DNA of 64,000 nucleotides from NCBI GenBank assembly GCA_030324005.1, contig JARDVH010000031.1, positions 38,411,680 to 38,475,679 of the forward strand. The letters are read 5' to 3'. Both the position numbers and the translations under genes were made by a program. The notes under the pieces were generated by a model, which did no database searches, had not been told where the DNA came from, and worked only from the letters and a program-made list of their open reading frames with translations. Of this stretch, positions 60,001 to 64,000 are shown one piece after another. How positions within the stretch are numbered: the stretch's first letter is position 1; each line of letters starts with the position of its first letter. This stretch comes from Negaprion brevirostris. Taxonomy: Eukaryota.

Positions 60001-62689
60001 TCCCACAGGCTGATTTTCTCTGCCAAGCACGCTTGTGTTATTTTAATTTGTTAGTTTGCATACTTCAAGATAAAATGATTATATCTTAAACTTCTTAACA
60101 TTATTGTTTCTTAAAGTGCCAGAGGTTCCTAAGAAGCCAGTTCCTGAACCACTGAAACCAAAGAAAGAGGTGGTTGCTCCAGAAAAAGGTATTCCTCCTT
60201 GTGATTTTATGACGCATATATCGTGAACTGGTATTTTCCGGGCCTGGTGGGGTGGGTGCAGCTGCGACGGATGCAGCAAGCCAGCCAAATGTTCATTGAC
60301 TTTGAAGAGAGGGATAGAGATGTTTTGCTGCAATTATATAGGGCATTGGTGAGCCACGTCTGCAATATTGTGTGCAGTTTTATCTGAGGAAGGATGTCCT
60401 TGCTATAGAGGAAATACAGTGAAGGTTTACCAGGCTGATTCCTGGGATGGCAGTCTGATATATGATGAGAGACTAAGTCCATTAGGATTATATTCAGTGT
60501 AACTTAGAAGAGTGAGAGGGGTTCTCATAGAAATTTATAAAATTCTAACAGGGTTAGACAGGATATAGTCAGAAAAAATGTTCCCAATGTGTGAGGGAGT
60601 CCAGAACTAGGGGTCATAATTTGAGGATAAGGGATAACCTTTTAGAACTGAGGTGAGGAATGTGTGGAATTCACTATCACAGCTCTCCCAATTTTGGCAC
60701 AAGTCCCTCGATGTTACCAGGGAACAATTTGCAGTGTTAACTTGGCTTGATATGTCTTTGGCATTATTGTTTCATTGCTGGGCAGTCAGTCTTATTTGAT
60801 TTTAACCAGTTTCTCCCCCAGTATTGTACATGCAAATAGATGACGTAATTTTGAGTTGTATTTCTCTGTCAGATATGTTTGTGTTATTTTAACCTGTTGC
60901 TTAGATATCTCAATGATAAAAAAAAAATTGCATGCAAAGCAACTTAACATTATTGTTTCTTAAAGTGCCAGAAGTTCCTAAGAAGCCAGTTCCTGAACCA
61001 TTGAAACCTAAGAAAGAGGCGATTACTCCAGAAAAAGGTAGATTTCTTTTTATTTTAAATTCTGGAAATATTTGGATGAAGCAAATACCATGTTGCTATT
61101 TAAATATTAATTATCTATTTTTTCATGCTTTAATATGTTGAGAAGTATTATTATTACTACAAATTCCAACAGCCTCAACCATCTTAATTTGTGCTAGGTA
61201 TGATTCTAACCAGTGGAGATCTTTTCCCCAATTCCATTGAGCTTTAGTTTTGTAAAGGCTCACTGATGCCACACCGAATGAAATGCAGGCTTCAGGTCAA
61301 CGGTAGTCATTCTTACCTCACTCTTCAATTCACTGTTTTGTCCACATATTTGGAACAAAGCTGAAATGAGGCATAGAGTCGAGTGGCTGCGGTAGAAGCC
61401 AAATTGAGCATCTATGAATGATTGTTGCTCGATAATACTGTCAATGATATTTCTTTCACTTGGTTGGTGATTGAGTAGACTGTTGGCTCATTCATTGGCA
61501 GGTTTGGATTTTTTTCTGATTGTGAATTCATCCTCCTGTCTTTACTTCTACACCCCCTCCCCACCCCTTTGCAATCCCTCTCACACCTTCATTCATCCAG
61601 TTTCTTGTGAAACCCAGCCCTCCCTTTAGGTGCACTATTGACGGCAGCTACCACTGCCAGTAACACAACCTCTTATGGAGACCAATGCGTCTCATGATTG
61701 GTCAGCAGCTCTGGATGGGCAGGATTACTGATCCAGGGGTCCTGAATCCTGGTGTAGCCCCTATGCTTGGCCACTCAAGTACCTGATTTTCAGTCGGTCC
61801 TTCCCCTCAGAAAAGATTTGGTTTTCCAACCACTTCTCCATCCGGTAAGCTGAATCCACATCAGTTGCACAAAATCCACCCCCATGAGAGGGCATGCAGG
61901 CTGAAGTCAAGGATGAGGATTCCCAGAGTCACACCTCTAAATGCCATTGTGCCACCACCGTCACAAGTCTGTCCTGTTGGTAAGACAGAGAANNNNNNNN
62001 NNNNNNNNNNNNNNNNNNNNNNNNNNNNNNNNNNNNNNNNNNNNNNNNNNNNNNNNNNNNNNNNNNNNNNNNNNNNNNNNNNNNNNNNNNNNNNNNNNNN
62101 NNNNGAGTGTCAAGAGCAACATTTATAGTATCACTTTCTCCATTTTCAGTGTCACTGTCTGTATTTTGTGTCTTCAATGAACGATTAAGTATTTCATGAT
62201 GGACTTTGAAGTAGCTTTCTCAGTTTTGGCACAAATCCCCAGGTGCTGCTGAGGAAGATTTTGCAGTGTCAAATTGAGAGGCTGTCTCCTTGATGTTTCC
62301 AGTGCTTAGAGCCAAAATTCTCCTGTTTCGCCCACTACGGAAATTGTAGCAGGCGAGACAGAAAATTCAGTGGACCATCCAACAGGAATTTCTGTTCTTG
62401 GGATGCACGCGGCCAGAGAATCCTGCCCAACATCAATGCCGTGTTGTCCATCTTGGTTTGCTTTAACCACTTTATCTCCCTGTATGTGTACACAAGTGTG
62501 CATAATGTCGCCTTGGGTTAAACTTCTCTGCCAGATATACTTGTATTATTTTAATTTGTTGCTTAGAAATTTTAATGATGAAAGCTTTGTATCTTAACAT
62601 TAAACTGTTTCTTAAAGTGCCGGAAGTTCCTAAGAAGCCAGTTCCAGAACCATTGAAACCAAAGAAAGAAGCTGTTACTCCAGAAAAAG
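1..62689 (+). CDS. ttn: Titin, internal multi-exon portion (I-band tandem Ig, N2A, start of PEVK); partial at both ends
   Basis: About 65 GT-AG exons in a continuous frame; diagnostic N2A peptides FIAKVGGDPIPNVKW and [29 protein letters not shown]; PEVK repeats VPEVPKKP. Confidence 0.98.
668..949 (+). CDS. ttn: Titin Ig exon, 282 nt (unit A, position 1)
   Basis: ccag/gtctgt; EPPSFIKKLNTSAILKKG...FECIITGTPEIKVTWYK. Confidence 0.93.
1070..1348 (+). CDS. ttn: Titin Ig exon, 279 nt (A2)
   Basis: atag/gttagt; EPPSFRRKL...GEYTCTVKNDVGSCSCSSIISLK. Confidence 0.93.
1542..1820 (+). CDS. ttn: Titin Ig exon, 279 nt (A3)
   Basis: ccag/gtcagt; EPPGFIKTIENV...GNYTCHIKNDAG. Confidence 0.93.
1955..2233 (+). 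CDS. ttn: Titin Ig exon, 279 nt (A4)
   Basis: atag/gtttgt; EPAKITEQ...LECAVAGTPELKVKCFKDG. Confidence 0.92.
2577..2864 (+). CDS. ttn: Titin Ig exon, 288 nt (A5)
   Basis: acag/gtttga; DQIIPPLFTRKL...GTYICKATNSVGSDEC. Confidence 0.93.
3010..3288 (+). CDS. ttn: Titin Ig exon, 279 nt (A6)
   Basis: ttag/gtgtgt; EPPSFTEKP...GDYTCEVSNKVG. Confidence 0.93.
3541..3822 (+). CDS. ttn: Titin Ig exon, 282 nt (B1)
   Basis: ctag/gtttgt; EPPYFIKKL...DSGNYSCKAQNEAG. Confidence 0.93.
5028..5306 (+). CDS. ttn: Titin Ig exon, 279 nt (B2)
   Basis: ttag/gttagt; EPPTLMKKL...GEYKCTVKNDVG. Confidence 0.93.
5459..5737 (+). CDS. ttn: Titin Ig exon, 279 nt (B3)
   Basis: ccag/gttagt; ERPTFVQTIEN...GYYICQAKNDAG. Confidence 0.93.
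6287..6565 (+). CDS. ttn: Titin Ig exon, 279 nt (B4)
   Basis: acag/gtcagt; ESANIIEK...LECTVAGTPELSVAWFK. Confidence 0.93.
6702..6989 (+). CDS. ttn: Titin Ig exon, 288 nt (B5)
   Basis: acag/gtttga; EQIIAPLFTRKL...GIYTCNVANSAG. Confidence 0.93.
7261..7539 (+). CDS. ttn: Titin Ig exon, 279 nt (B6)
   Basis: ttag/gtgtgc; EPPSFTEK...DAGVYTCQVSNDAG. Confidence 0.93.
7982..8206 (+). mobile_element. 5'-truncated HE1-like SINE
   Basis: ggtttcctcccac...ggattggtcatgctaaattgccc...gcactgtagggattctatgattctat, matches the 3' half of the copies at 26586 and 39271. Confidence 0.8.
8399..8680 (+). CDS. ttn: Titin Ig exon, 282 nt (C1)
   Basis: ctag/gtctgt; EPPSFVKKLNTSTILKKG; close paralogue of 668-949. Confidence 0.93.
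8802..9080 (+). CDS. ttn: Titin Ig exon, 279 nt (C2)
   Basis: atag/gttagt; EPPSIRREL...GDYKCTVTNDVG. Confidence 0.92.
9242..9520 (+). CDS. ttn: Titin Ig exon, 279 nt (C3)
   Basis: ccag/gttggt; EPPSFIRKIES...GKYICQAKNDAG. Confidence 0.93.
9659..9937 (+). CDS. ttn: Titin Ig exon, 279 nt (C4)
   Basis: acag/gttagt; EPAKIVERAKS...GEYTFEVQNEFG. Confidence 0.93.
10051..10338 (+). CDS. ttn: Titin Ig exon, 288 nt (C5)
   Basis: acag/gtttga; DQLIAPTFTKKL...GNYTCKVSNVAG. Confidence 0.93.
10523..10801 (+). CDS. ttn: Titin Ig exon, 279 nt (C6)
   Basis: ttag/gtgtgc; EPPRFIVKP...GYYTCHVTNDAG. Confidence 0.93.
11255..11536 (+). CDS. ttn: Titin Ig exon, 282 nt (ten-Ig unit D1)
   Basis: ctag/gtatgt; EPPTFVQKPEP...DSGDYICEAQNEAG. 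Confidence 0.94.
11635..11913 (+). CDS. ttn: Titin Ig exon, 279 nt (D2)
   Basis: acag/gttggt; EPPAFSKP...WYKDKRQIRASNKYK. Confidence 0.94.
12003..12281 (+). CDS. ttn: Titin Ig exon, 279 nt (D3)
   Basis: tcag/gtcagt; EPPVFVKKLSNI...GKYVCQIRNEAG. Confidence 0.94.
12519..12797 (+). CDS. ttn: Titin Ig exon, 279 nt (D4)
   Basis: ttag/gtttgg; EPATITEKAES...DSGQYTFEVQNNVG. Confidence 0.94.
12903..13190 (+). CDS. ttn: Titin Ig exon, 288 nt (D5)
   Basis: acag/gtcagt; DRIIPPTFTRKLK...GNYTCKATNTAG. Confidence 0.94.
14119..14662. mobile_element. MITE-like non-autonomous element
   Basis: GC-rich intronic island bounded by inverted ends gggcgattctcc ... ggagaatcccggcc. Confidence 0.5.
15440..15718 (+). 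CDS. ttn: Titin Ig exon, 279 nt (D6)
   Basis: ttag/gtttgt; EPPSFMRKPDP...GDYICQVSNEAG. Confidence 0.94.
15823..16101 (+). CDS. ttn: Titin Ig exon, 279 nt (D7)
   Basis: ccag/gtttgt; EPAVFQKKLKD...AEYTCEVENDAG. Confidence 0.94.
16227..16505 (+). CDS. ttn: Titin Ig exon, 279 nt (D8)
   Basis: tcag/gtgatt; EPPTFIQHLEPLE...WYKGDTKLRATP. Confidence 0.94.
16675..16962 (+). CDS. ttn: Titin Ig exon, 288 nt (D9)
   Basis: acag/gtttgt; ERKVAPSFTRK...GEYTCKASNMVG. Confidence 0.94.
17131..17418 (+). CDS. ttn: Titin Ig exon, 288 nt (D10)
   Basis: ttag/gtattt; EARIAPVFDKKL...ENTPHLTILKADKGDS. Confidence 0.94.
18473..18763 (+). CDS. ttn: Titin Ig exon, 291 nt (I78-like)
   Basis: acag/gttagt; DRKIPPTFTKKP...KLEGRVSGSQPISVTWFK. 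Confidence 0.94.
19303..19590 (+). CDS. ttn: Titin Ig exon, 288 nt (I79-like)
   Basis: ttag/gtatga; KLSCHVHGSEPIKIQWFK...DSGDYLCKATNEAG. Confidence 0.94.
21945..22520 (+). mobile_element. CR1-type LINE 3' fragment (interrupted by N gap)
   Basis: MLQLYRTLVRPHLEYSVQF...LDKYMNR (CR1 ORF2 C-terminus) and tail gaagggcctgtcctgtgctgta. Confidence 0.85.
22994..23083 (+). CDS. ttn: Titin N2A exon, 90 nt (linker plus start of I80)
   Basis: ttag/gtaagt; EKAAAKKVVSPPQPDKIFFIEKPKSVKVIA. Confidence 0.9.
23498..23780 (+). CDS. ttn: Titin N2A exon, I80 plus start of unique insertion
   Basis: gcag/gtaagt; ATFIAKVGGDPIPNVKWMKGKWRQ...DFRAKLKK. Confidence 0.96.
24125..24308 (+). CDS. ttn: Titin unique N2A (UN2A) exon, 184 nt
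   Basis: aaag/gtgagt; [32 protein letters not shown]. Confidence 0.96.
24445..24531 (+). CDS. ttn: Titin UN2A exon, 87 nt
   Basis: taag/gtaaga; ELEEHERGPEEEEFNELIQYIQQRIEKVE. Confidence 0.93.
24644..24911 (+). CDS. ttn: Titin I81 exon, 268 nt (missed by ORF track)
   Basis: gcag/gtaagt; PIELIKDIEDQ...IKINYPEIKLSWYKGTEKLE...VCGPHISSAKLTVV. Confidence 0.95.
24998..25258 (+). CDS. ttn: Titin I82 exon, 261 nt
   Basis: ccag/gtttgt; CQFSLPNLKTEWFRNGR...CKFEDLETSADLHVE. Confidence 0.95.
25349..25558 (+). CDS. ttn: Titin I83 first exon, 210 nt
   Basis: gtag/gtgtgt; AQPIEFTKTIQDIVV...FECEVSFDDAIVTW...HNVTTEDE. Confidence 0.94.
25640..27000 (+). mobile_element. Old CR1-type LINE 3' fragment with nested insertions
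   Basis: Degenerate CR1 ORF2 end at about 25640-25720 resumes at about 26235 (tgttacaggaaagcatatcgaggcac...agatttacaagg); tail ggccattttctgtgctgt near 26990. Confidence 0.6.
26586..26886 (+). mobile_element. HE1-like tRNA-derived SINE
   Basis: tggcacagtggttagcactgct (A box), ccgggttcagttcc (B box), core ggattggccatgataaattgcccc, tail gcactgttgggattc. Confidence 0.9.
27068..27145 (+). CDS. ttn: Titin I83 second exon, 78 nt
   Basis: tcag/gtaggt; GVYSVIAQLEPRGEAKSTAELYVSSQ. Confidence 0.94.
27246..27272 (+). CDS. ttn: Titin 27-nt micro-exon after I83
   Basis: tctctgcag/gtgggt; EITLKPRKP, phase 1-1. Confidence 0.8.
28533..28995 (+). mobile_element. CR1-type LINE 3' fragment
   Basis: KDVLALERVQRRFTRMIPGMKSLSYEKWLRTLGLYSLE; tail gggccaagtggcctaattctgctcctatttcttatggtc. 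Confidence 0.9.
29192..29215 (+). CDS. ttn: Candidate 24-nt titin micro-exon
   Basis: ctaat branch, ttgtag/gtaatg; EEEKKEEI, phase 1-1. Confidence 0.65.
   Translation, partial: KRKRKKK
30363..30431 (+). CDS. ttn: Titin PEVK-region exon, 69 nt
   Basis: acag/gtacag; ERVKISEEIAYTIVEEEKVSHWK. Confidence 0.75.
30462..30695 (+). mobile_element. tRNA-derived SINE (second family)
   Basis: A/B-box-like ggtcagttgactagatggctgg...gtgggttcaattcctg, body ending ggtgactttaacttt. Confidence 0.65.
30959..31021 (+). CDS. ttn: Titin PEVK exon, 63 nt
   Basis: tttaaag/gtacaa; VPEAPKRTDDIYVEEEIHVTE. Confidence 0.85.
31200..31272 (+). repeat. CR1/SINE 3' tail with (ctatgtt)n
   Basis: gggccgaagggcctgttctgcgctgta followed by about four copies of tgttcta, beside an N gap. 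Confidence 0.7.
32120..32209 (+). CDS. ttn: Titin PEVK exon, 90 nt
   Basis: tttaaag/gtataa; VSGFAEIPEKVSEQAFPPRTPIVQETILHK. Confidence 0.8.
33166..33231 (+). CDS. ttn: Titin PEVK exon, 66 nt
   Basis: tttaaag/gtatgg; EPAVEEVTQITVSRKEVVPPKK. Confidence 0.85.
34575..35725 (-). mobile_element. Degenerate L2/CR1-superfamily LINE 3' portion
   Basis: Minus-strand KKLYTIQDKAASLI...HQRIVAVMYSIHKMNCRNSPRLLRPHLPNP; 3' tail like that of the SINE at 37117. Confidence 0.75.
35831..35953 (+). CDS. ttn: Titin PEVK exon, 123 nt, with internal 36-nt triple repeat
   Basis: ccag/gtacaa; DVAVKPTPEEPVPVQRKPTPGKPVPVQRKPTPEEPVPVPVK; ancestral acceptor position reads aaaa instead of aaag. Confidence 0.75.
36595..36678 (+). 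CDS. ttn: Titin PEVK exon, 84 nt
   Basis: ttcaag/gtatat; VPGIPKKAVIEEAKPAIISRKKEVSPLE. Confidence 0.88.
37117..37453 (+). mobile_element. tRNA-derived SINE with L2-type 3' tail
   Basis: gcctagtggtatt head, ctaatgtcctttagggaaggaaa core, tail gcaataaatgctggcc...cccatgaatgaataaaaaaa. Confidence 0.75.
38835..38918 (+). CDS. ttn: Titin PEVK exon, 84 nt
   Basis: ttaaag/gtacaa; VTEVGPEPIIEEVKPAVVPRKEKVAPAK. Confidence 0.9.
39271..39591 (-). mobile_element. HE1-like SINE, full length
   Basis: Reverse complement of the 26586 family, from catagaactcctacagtgcagaaggagg to ccactgtgtcatcacgccgccc. Confidence 0.9.
40213..40293 (+). CDS. ttn: Titin PEVK exon, 81 nt
   Basis: ttcaag/gtaaaa; VPEVPKKPIPEEVKTIRVPREEIVPAE. 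Confidence 0.9.
41257..41340 (+). CDS. ttn: Titin PEVK exon, 84 nt
   Basis: ttcaag/gtataa; VPEIPKRTVVEQVKPITTTRREEVILTP. Confidence 0.88.
41503..41764 (-). mobile_element. HE1-head SINE with a different 3' tail
   Basis: Same tRNA head (gtgctaaccactgtgccacc) joined to tail gtcacaagtaaggcttacattaacactgcaatgaagttactg. Confidence 0.85.
43256..43330 (+). CDS. ttn: Titin PEVK exon, 75 nt (81 nt if the TG at 43248-43249 is used)
   Basis: tctttaatg-tgccag/gtataa; (VP)EFIEKTIPEEIKPVPVPKKDIIPTK. Confidence 0.78.
43772..45058. mobile_element. Non-autonomous TIR element, about 1.29 kb
   Basis: Inverted ends ggtggaattcttcca ... tggaagaattccgccc around a GC-richer island. Confidence 0.6.
45248..45331 (+). 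CDS. ttn: Titin PEVK exon, 84 nt
   Basis: tttaaag/gtagag; VPEIRKKPVMEEEKPSIILEKEAITPAK. Confidence 0.9.
47248..47331 (+). CDS. ttn: Titin PEVK exon, 84 nt
   Basis: tttaaag/gtataa; VPEVPKKPVAEEMIPTPILRKEAVIPVK. Confidence 0.9.
47870..47953 (+). CDS. ttn: Titin PEVK exon, 84 nt
   Basis: tttgaag/gtacat; VPEVPKKAPVEEIKVVTVPRKEEAPPAE. Confidence 0.9.
48763..48843 (+). CDS. ttn: Titin PEVK exon, 81 nt
   Basis: tttaaag/gtacaa; VPEVHKKPIKPEEKPTIVPRDKVAPAK. Confidence 0.9.
49863..50003 (+). CDS. ttn: Titin PEVK exon, 141 nt, with four 18-nt repeats
   Basis: ttaaag/gtacaa; V(PEVAKK)4PGIPEDIKPVAVSREKGVISTK. Confidence 0.9.
50672..50933 (-). mobile_element. HE1-head SINE, same tail type as 41503
   Basis: gtcacaagtaggcttacatt...gcagtgctaaccactgtgtcacc. 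Confidence 0.85.
51169..51252 (+). CDS. ttn: Titin PEVK exon, 84 nt
   Basis: tttgaag/gtagaa; VAEMPQMPIAFEAQPVTVLRKKETITVT. Confidence 0.82.
51731..51992 (-). mobile_element. Ancient Deu-domain-like SINE remnant
   Basis: ttgcattta...ggaaatgtagcagccagtttt...gataaatattggcca...ccatgggatctt resemble DeuSINE core motifs as I recall them. Confidence 0.5.
52139..52222 (+). CDS. ttn: Titin PEVK exon, 84 nt
   Basis: tttgaag/gtacaa; VSEIPQKPIVEEFKPITVQEKEEIITVE. Confidence 0.88.
53246..53329 (+). CDS. ttn: Titin PEVK exon, 84 nt, Glu-rich variant
   Basis: ttcaaag/gtacaa; EREVYKTTTIEEFQQDEVERREIITPVK. Confidence 0.85.
54075..54155 (+). CDS. ttn: Titin PEVK exon, 81 nt
   Basis: tttaaag/gtatat; VLEVPKKPAAEPVQPLKIPREKVTPVK. 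Confidence 0.9.
54578..54652 (+). CDS. ttn: Titin PEVK exon, 75 nt
   Basis: tttaaag/gtacaa; VPEIPKKPIDEEPVMVSRKEVAPTE. Confidence 0.9.
55062..55145 (+). CDS. ttn: Titin PEVK exon, 84 nt
   Basis: tttaaag/gtataa; VPELPREPVIEVEKPVAIPGKEEALPKK. Confidence 0.9.
55870..56210 (+). pseudogene. Decayed PIF/Harbinger transposase fragment
   Basis: Hand translation across stops and frameshifts: QAASGDV, SCIRDVTE, MVQGAMDILHI, FTNQKAFHSL, YPGS, colinear with Harbinger motifs G.IDCTH, NRKGFHS, .PGS.HD. Confidence 0.6.
57440..59950 (-). mobile_element. Long degenerate L2/CR1-superfamily LINE (same family as 34575-35725)
   Basis: Shared segments such as gagttgctgcaatgcagcttgtagatggtacacactgc and ggctgagatggatc; minus-strand remnants KDRAETFATIF, KSSLVNYCPNSL. 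Confidence 0.7.
57815..57900. mobile_element. Short nested Penelope-like terminal fragment
   Basis: cacaacaccaggttaaagtccaacaggtttatt...agctttcagagcg interrupts the LINE; family assignment from memory. Confidence 0.45.
60117..60188 (+). CDS. ttn: Titin PEVK exon, 72 nt, copy 1
   Basis: ttaaag/gtattc; VPEVPKKPVPEPLKPKKEVVAPEK. Confidence 0.92.
60335..60678 (+). mobile_element. CR1-type LINE 3' fragment
   Basis: ggaaggatgtccttgctatagagg...aggtttaccaggctgattcctgggatgg...gtccagaactaggggtcat. Confidence 0.8.
60966..61037 (+). CDS. ttn: Titin PEVK exon, 72 nt, copy 2
   Basis: ttaaag/gtagat; VPEVPKKPVPEPLKPKKEAITPEK. Confidence 0.92.
62618..62689 (+). CDS. ttn: Titin PEVK exon, 72 nt, copy 3
   Basis: ttaaag/gtacat; VPEVPKKPVPEPLKPKKEAVTPEK. 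Confidence 0.92.
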
Positions 62690-64000
62690 GTACATATCTT
62701 TTCAAACATGCTGGTCGACACATCCTGTTTCCAGGAAATGAAGGGATCAAAGTAAAACAAAAGCTTTGAAATAATAAGAGAAATAACATGTTTTTTTGTG
62801 AAGTCATAGGCCGAAATATTACCCCTATGGGCAGATGGACTAAATGTTCAACAGATTGCATTCAATAATGCACTAATTATCTTCTTTTGTAATTACTTTA
62901 ATCACCAATTTTAATTCCATAAATATGAAACATAGATGCCCAAGTTCAAAGTATTACATGACAACAAAATACAATTAATTTACTCTGATTTGTTTTACTT
63001 AACTAGATTCTCATTTTAATAGATTTACAATTTTACAAATATTTTTATAAATCATTCTTTGCATTCTCGGTTGTTGTTGTTTCTCTTCCCACAATCCTTC
63101 ATCTGTTCCCATAGCAAGGCTTTGTCTGGAACAGGTTGCTAACCTGTCGTCAGAGGCTCATAGCTTGAGGGGCGCCACTCTGCATCAATCATGGCTGACT
63201 AGAATCTCTCCCACTCTTGCCATCTGTCATTGGCATGTTGGAAGGATTTCACAGATTGACAGTCAATCTTTTGGCTGCATTAGAAATGTACCCCTGTTGC
63301 CCATCAAGTCCAAGGCCATTGATTGGGACTTGAACCCACAGCTTCTGGCACAGAGACAGAGATGCACTCAGTGTATCACAAGACCTCCCTCTACATTCTC
63401 AGTGCCACACTCAATATCTTCAGACTCAAAAGCCATATCCTCACCTATTTCTTAATACTCTGGATATTTCATCATGAGTGTCAAGAGCAACATTTATAGT
63501 ATCACTTTCTCCATTTTCAGTGTCACTGTCTGTATTTTGTGTCTTCAATGAATGATTAAGTATTTCATGATGGACCAATTAGATGTTCTTTTTCGTTGAG
63601 CCAAAATAAAGAGATTTCTGGGTGATCCTGTTCAGCTTTTACATTTTATGATGTTTTCCAAGAGTGTTTTCATTTTGTTTTTCTCATAAGACAAACATTC
63701 AGTGGGTCAGGTTGCTAACCTAAGGGTGACAATCGTACTTTACCATCATTTACCACTGATGTTCTGCCAGTATCACATTCTGGGTTGACTCATTTTTATG
63801 ATGGATATTATAGATAAAAGCTTCCTTAAGGAGTCTTCTCTCTTATTTGCAACACTGGTTCATGCATTCTGTTGCTGTTTGTCAACTTACAATTCACACC
63901 TTTACATCTTCTGTGCTGTGGTGTGGCATCTGCCATTTTTGCCTTGCCAAGTGATATGTAGGTCTCAGAACATTACTGGCACAAAATAAATAAATTATGA

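Noticed and set aside
30959-62689. Recurring short motifs resembling a CRISPR-like or spacer array
   Set aside because: They are PEVK exons and their splice signals with irregular kilobase spacing in a eukaryotic gene; no cas genes

Overview
Eukaryotic genomic DNA, almost certainly from a shark or other elasmobranch (HE1-like tRNA SINEs, CR1 and L2-type LINE remnants). The whole window lies inside one + strand gene, titin (ttn), with neither gene end present. In order it contains: (i) 1-19590, 30 complete plus one partial tandem I-set Ig exons, all phase 1-1, arranged as three six-Ig super-repeats, one ten-Ig unit and two closing Ig exons; (ii) 22994-27272, the N2A element (I80, unique N2A insertion, I81-I83); (iii) 29192-62689, about 25 short phase-1 PEVK exons in TE-rich introns. 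Exon boundaries were read by eye from AG/GT sites and frame continuity; most ORF-track entries are these exons plus intron read-through, or are spurious. I found no new biological system. The most interesting observations concern gene architecture: a single ten-Ig unit preceded by recently duplicated, mosaic six-Ig units; an in-frame alternative ending for I83 at the start of the next intron; two PEVK exons that lost their ancestral acceptor AG but keep an in-frame backup; a Trp-to-Cys change in an Ig core; and a PEVK exon triplicated together with a LINE junction. About eleven N gaps may hide more exons. Comparisons with human TTN are from memory and need checking.
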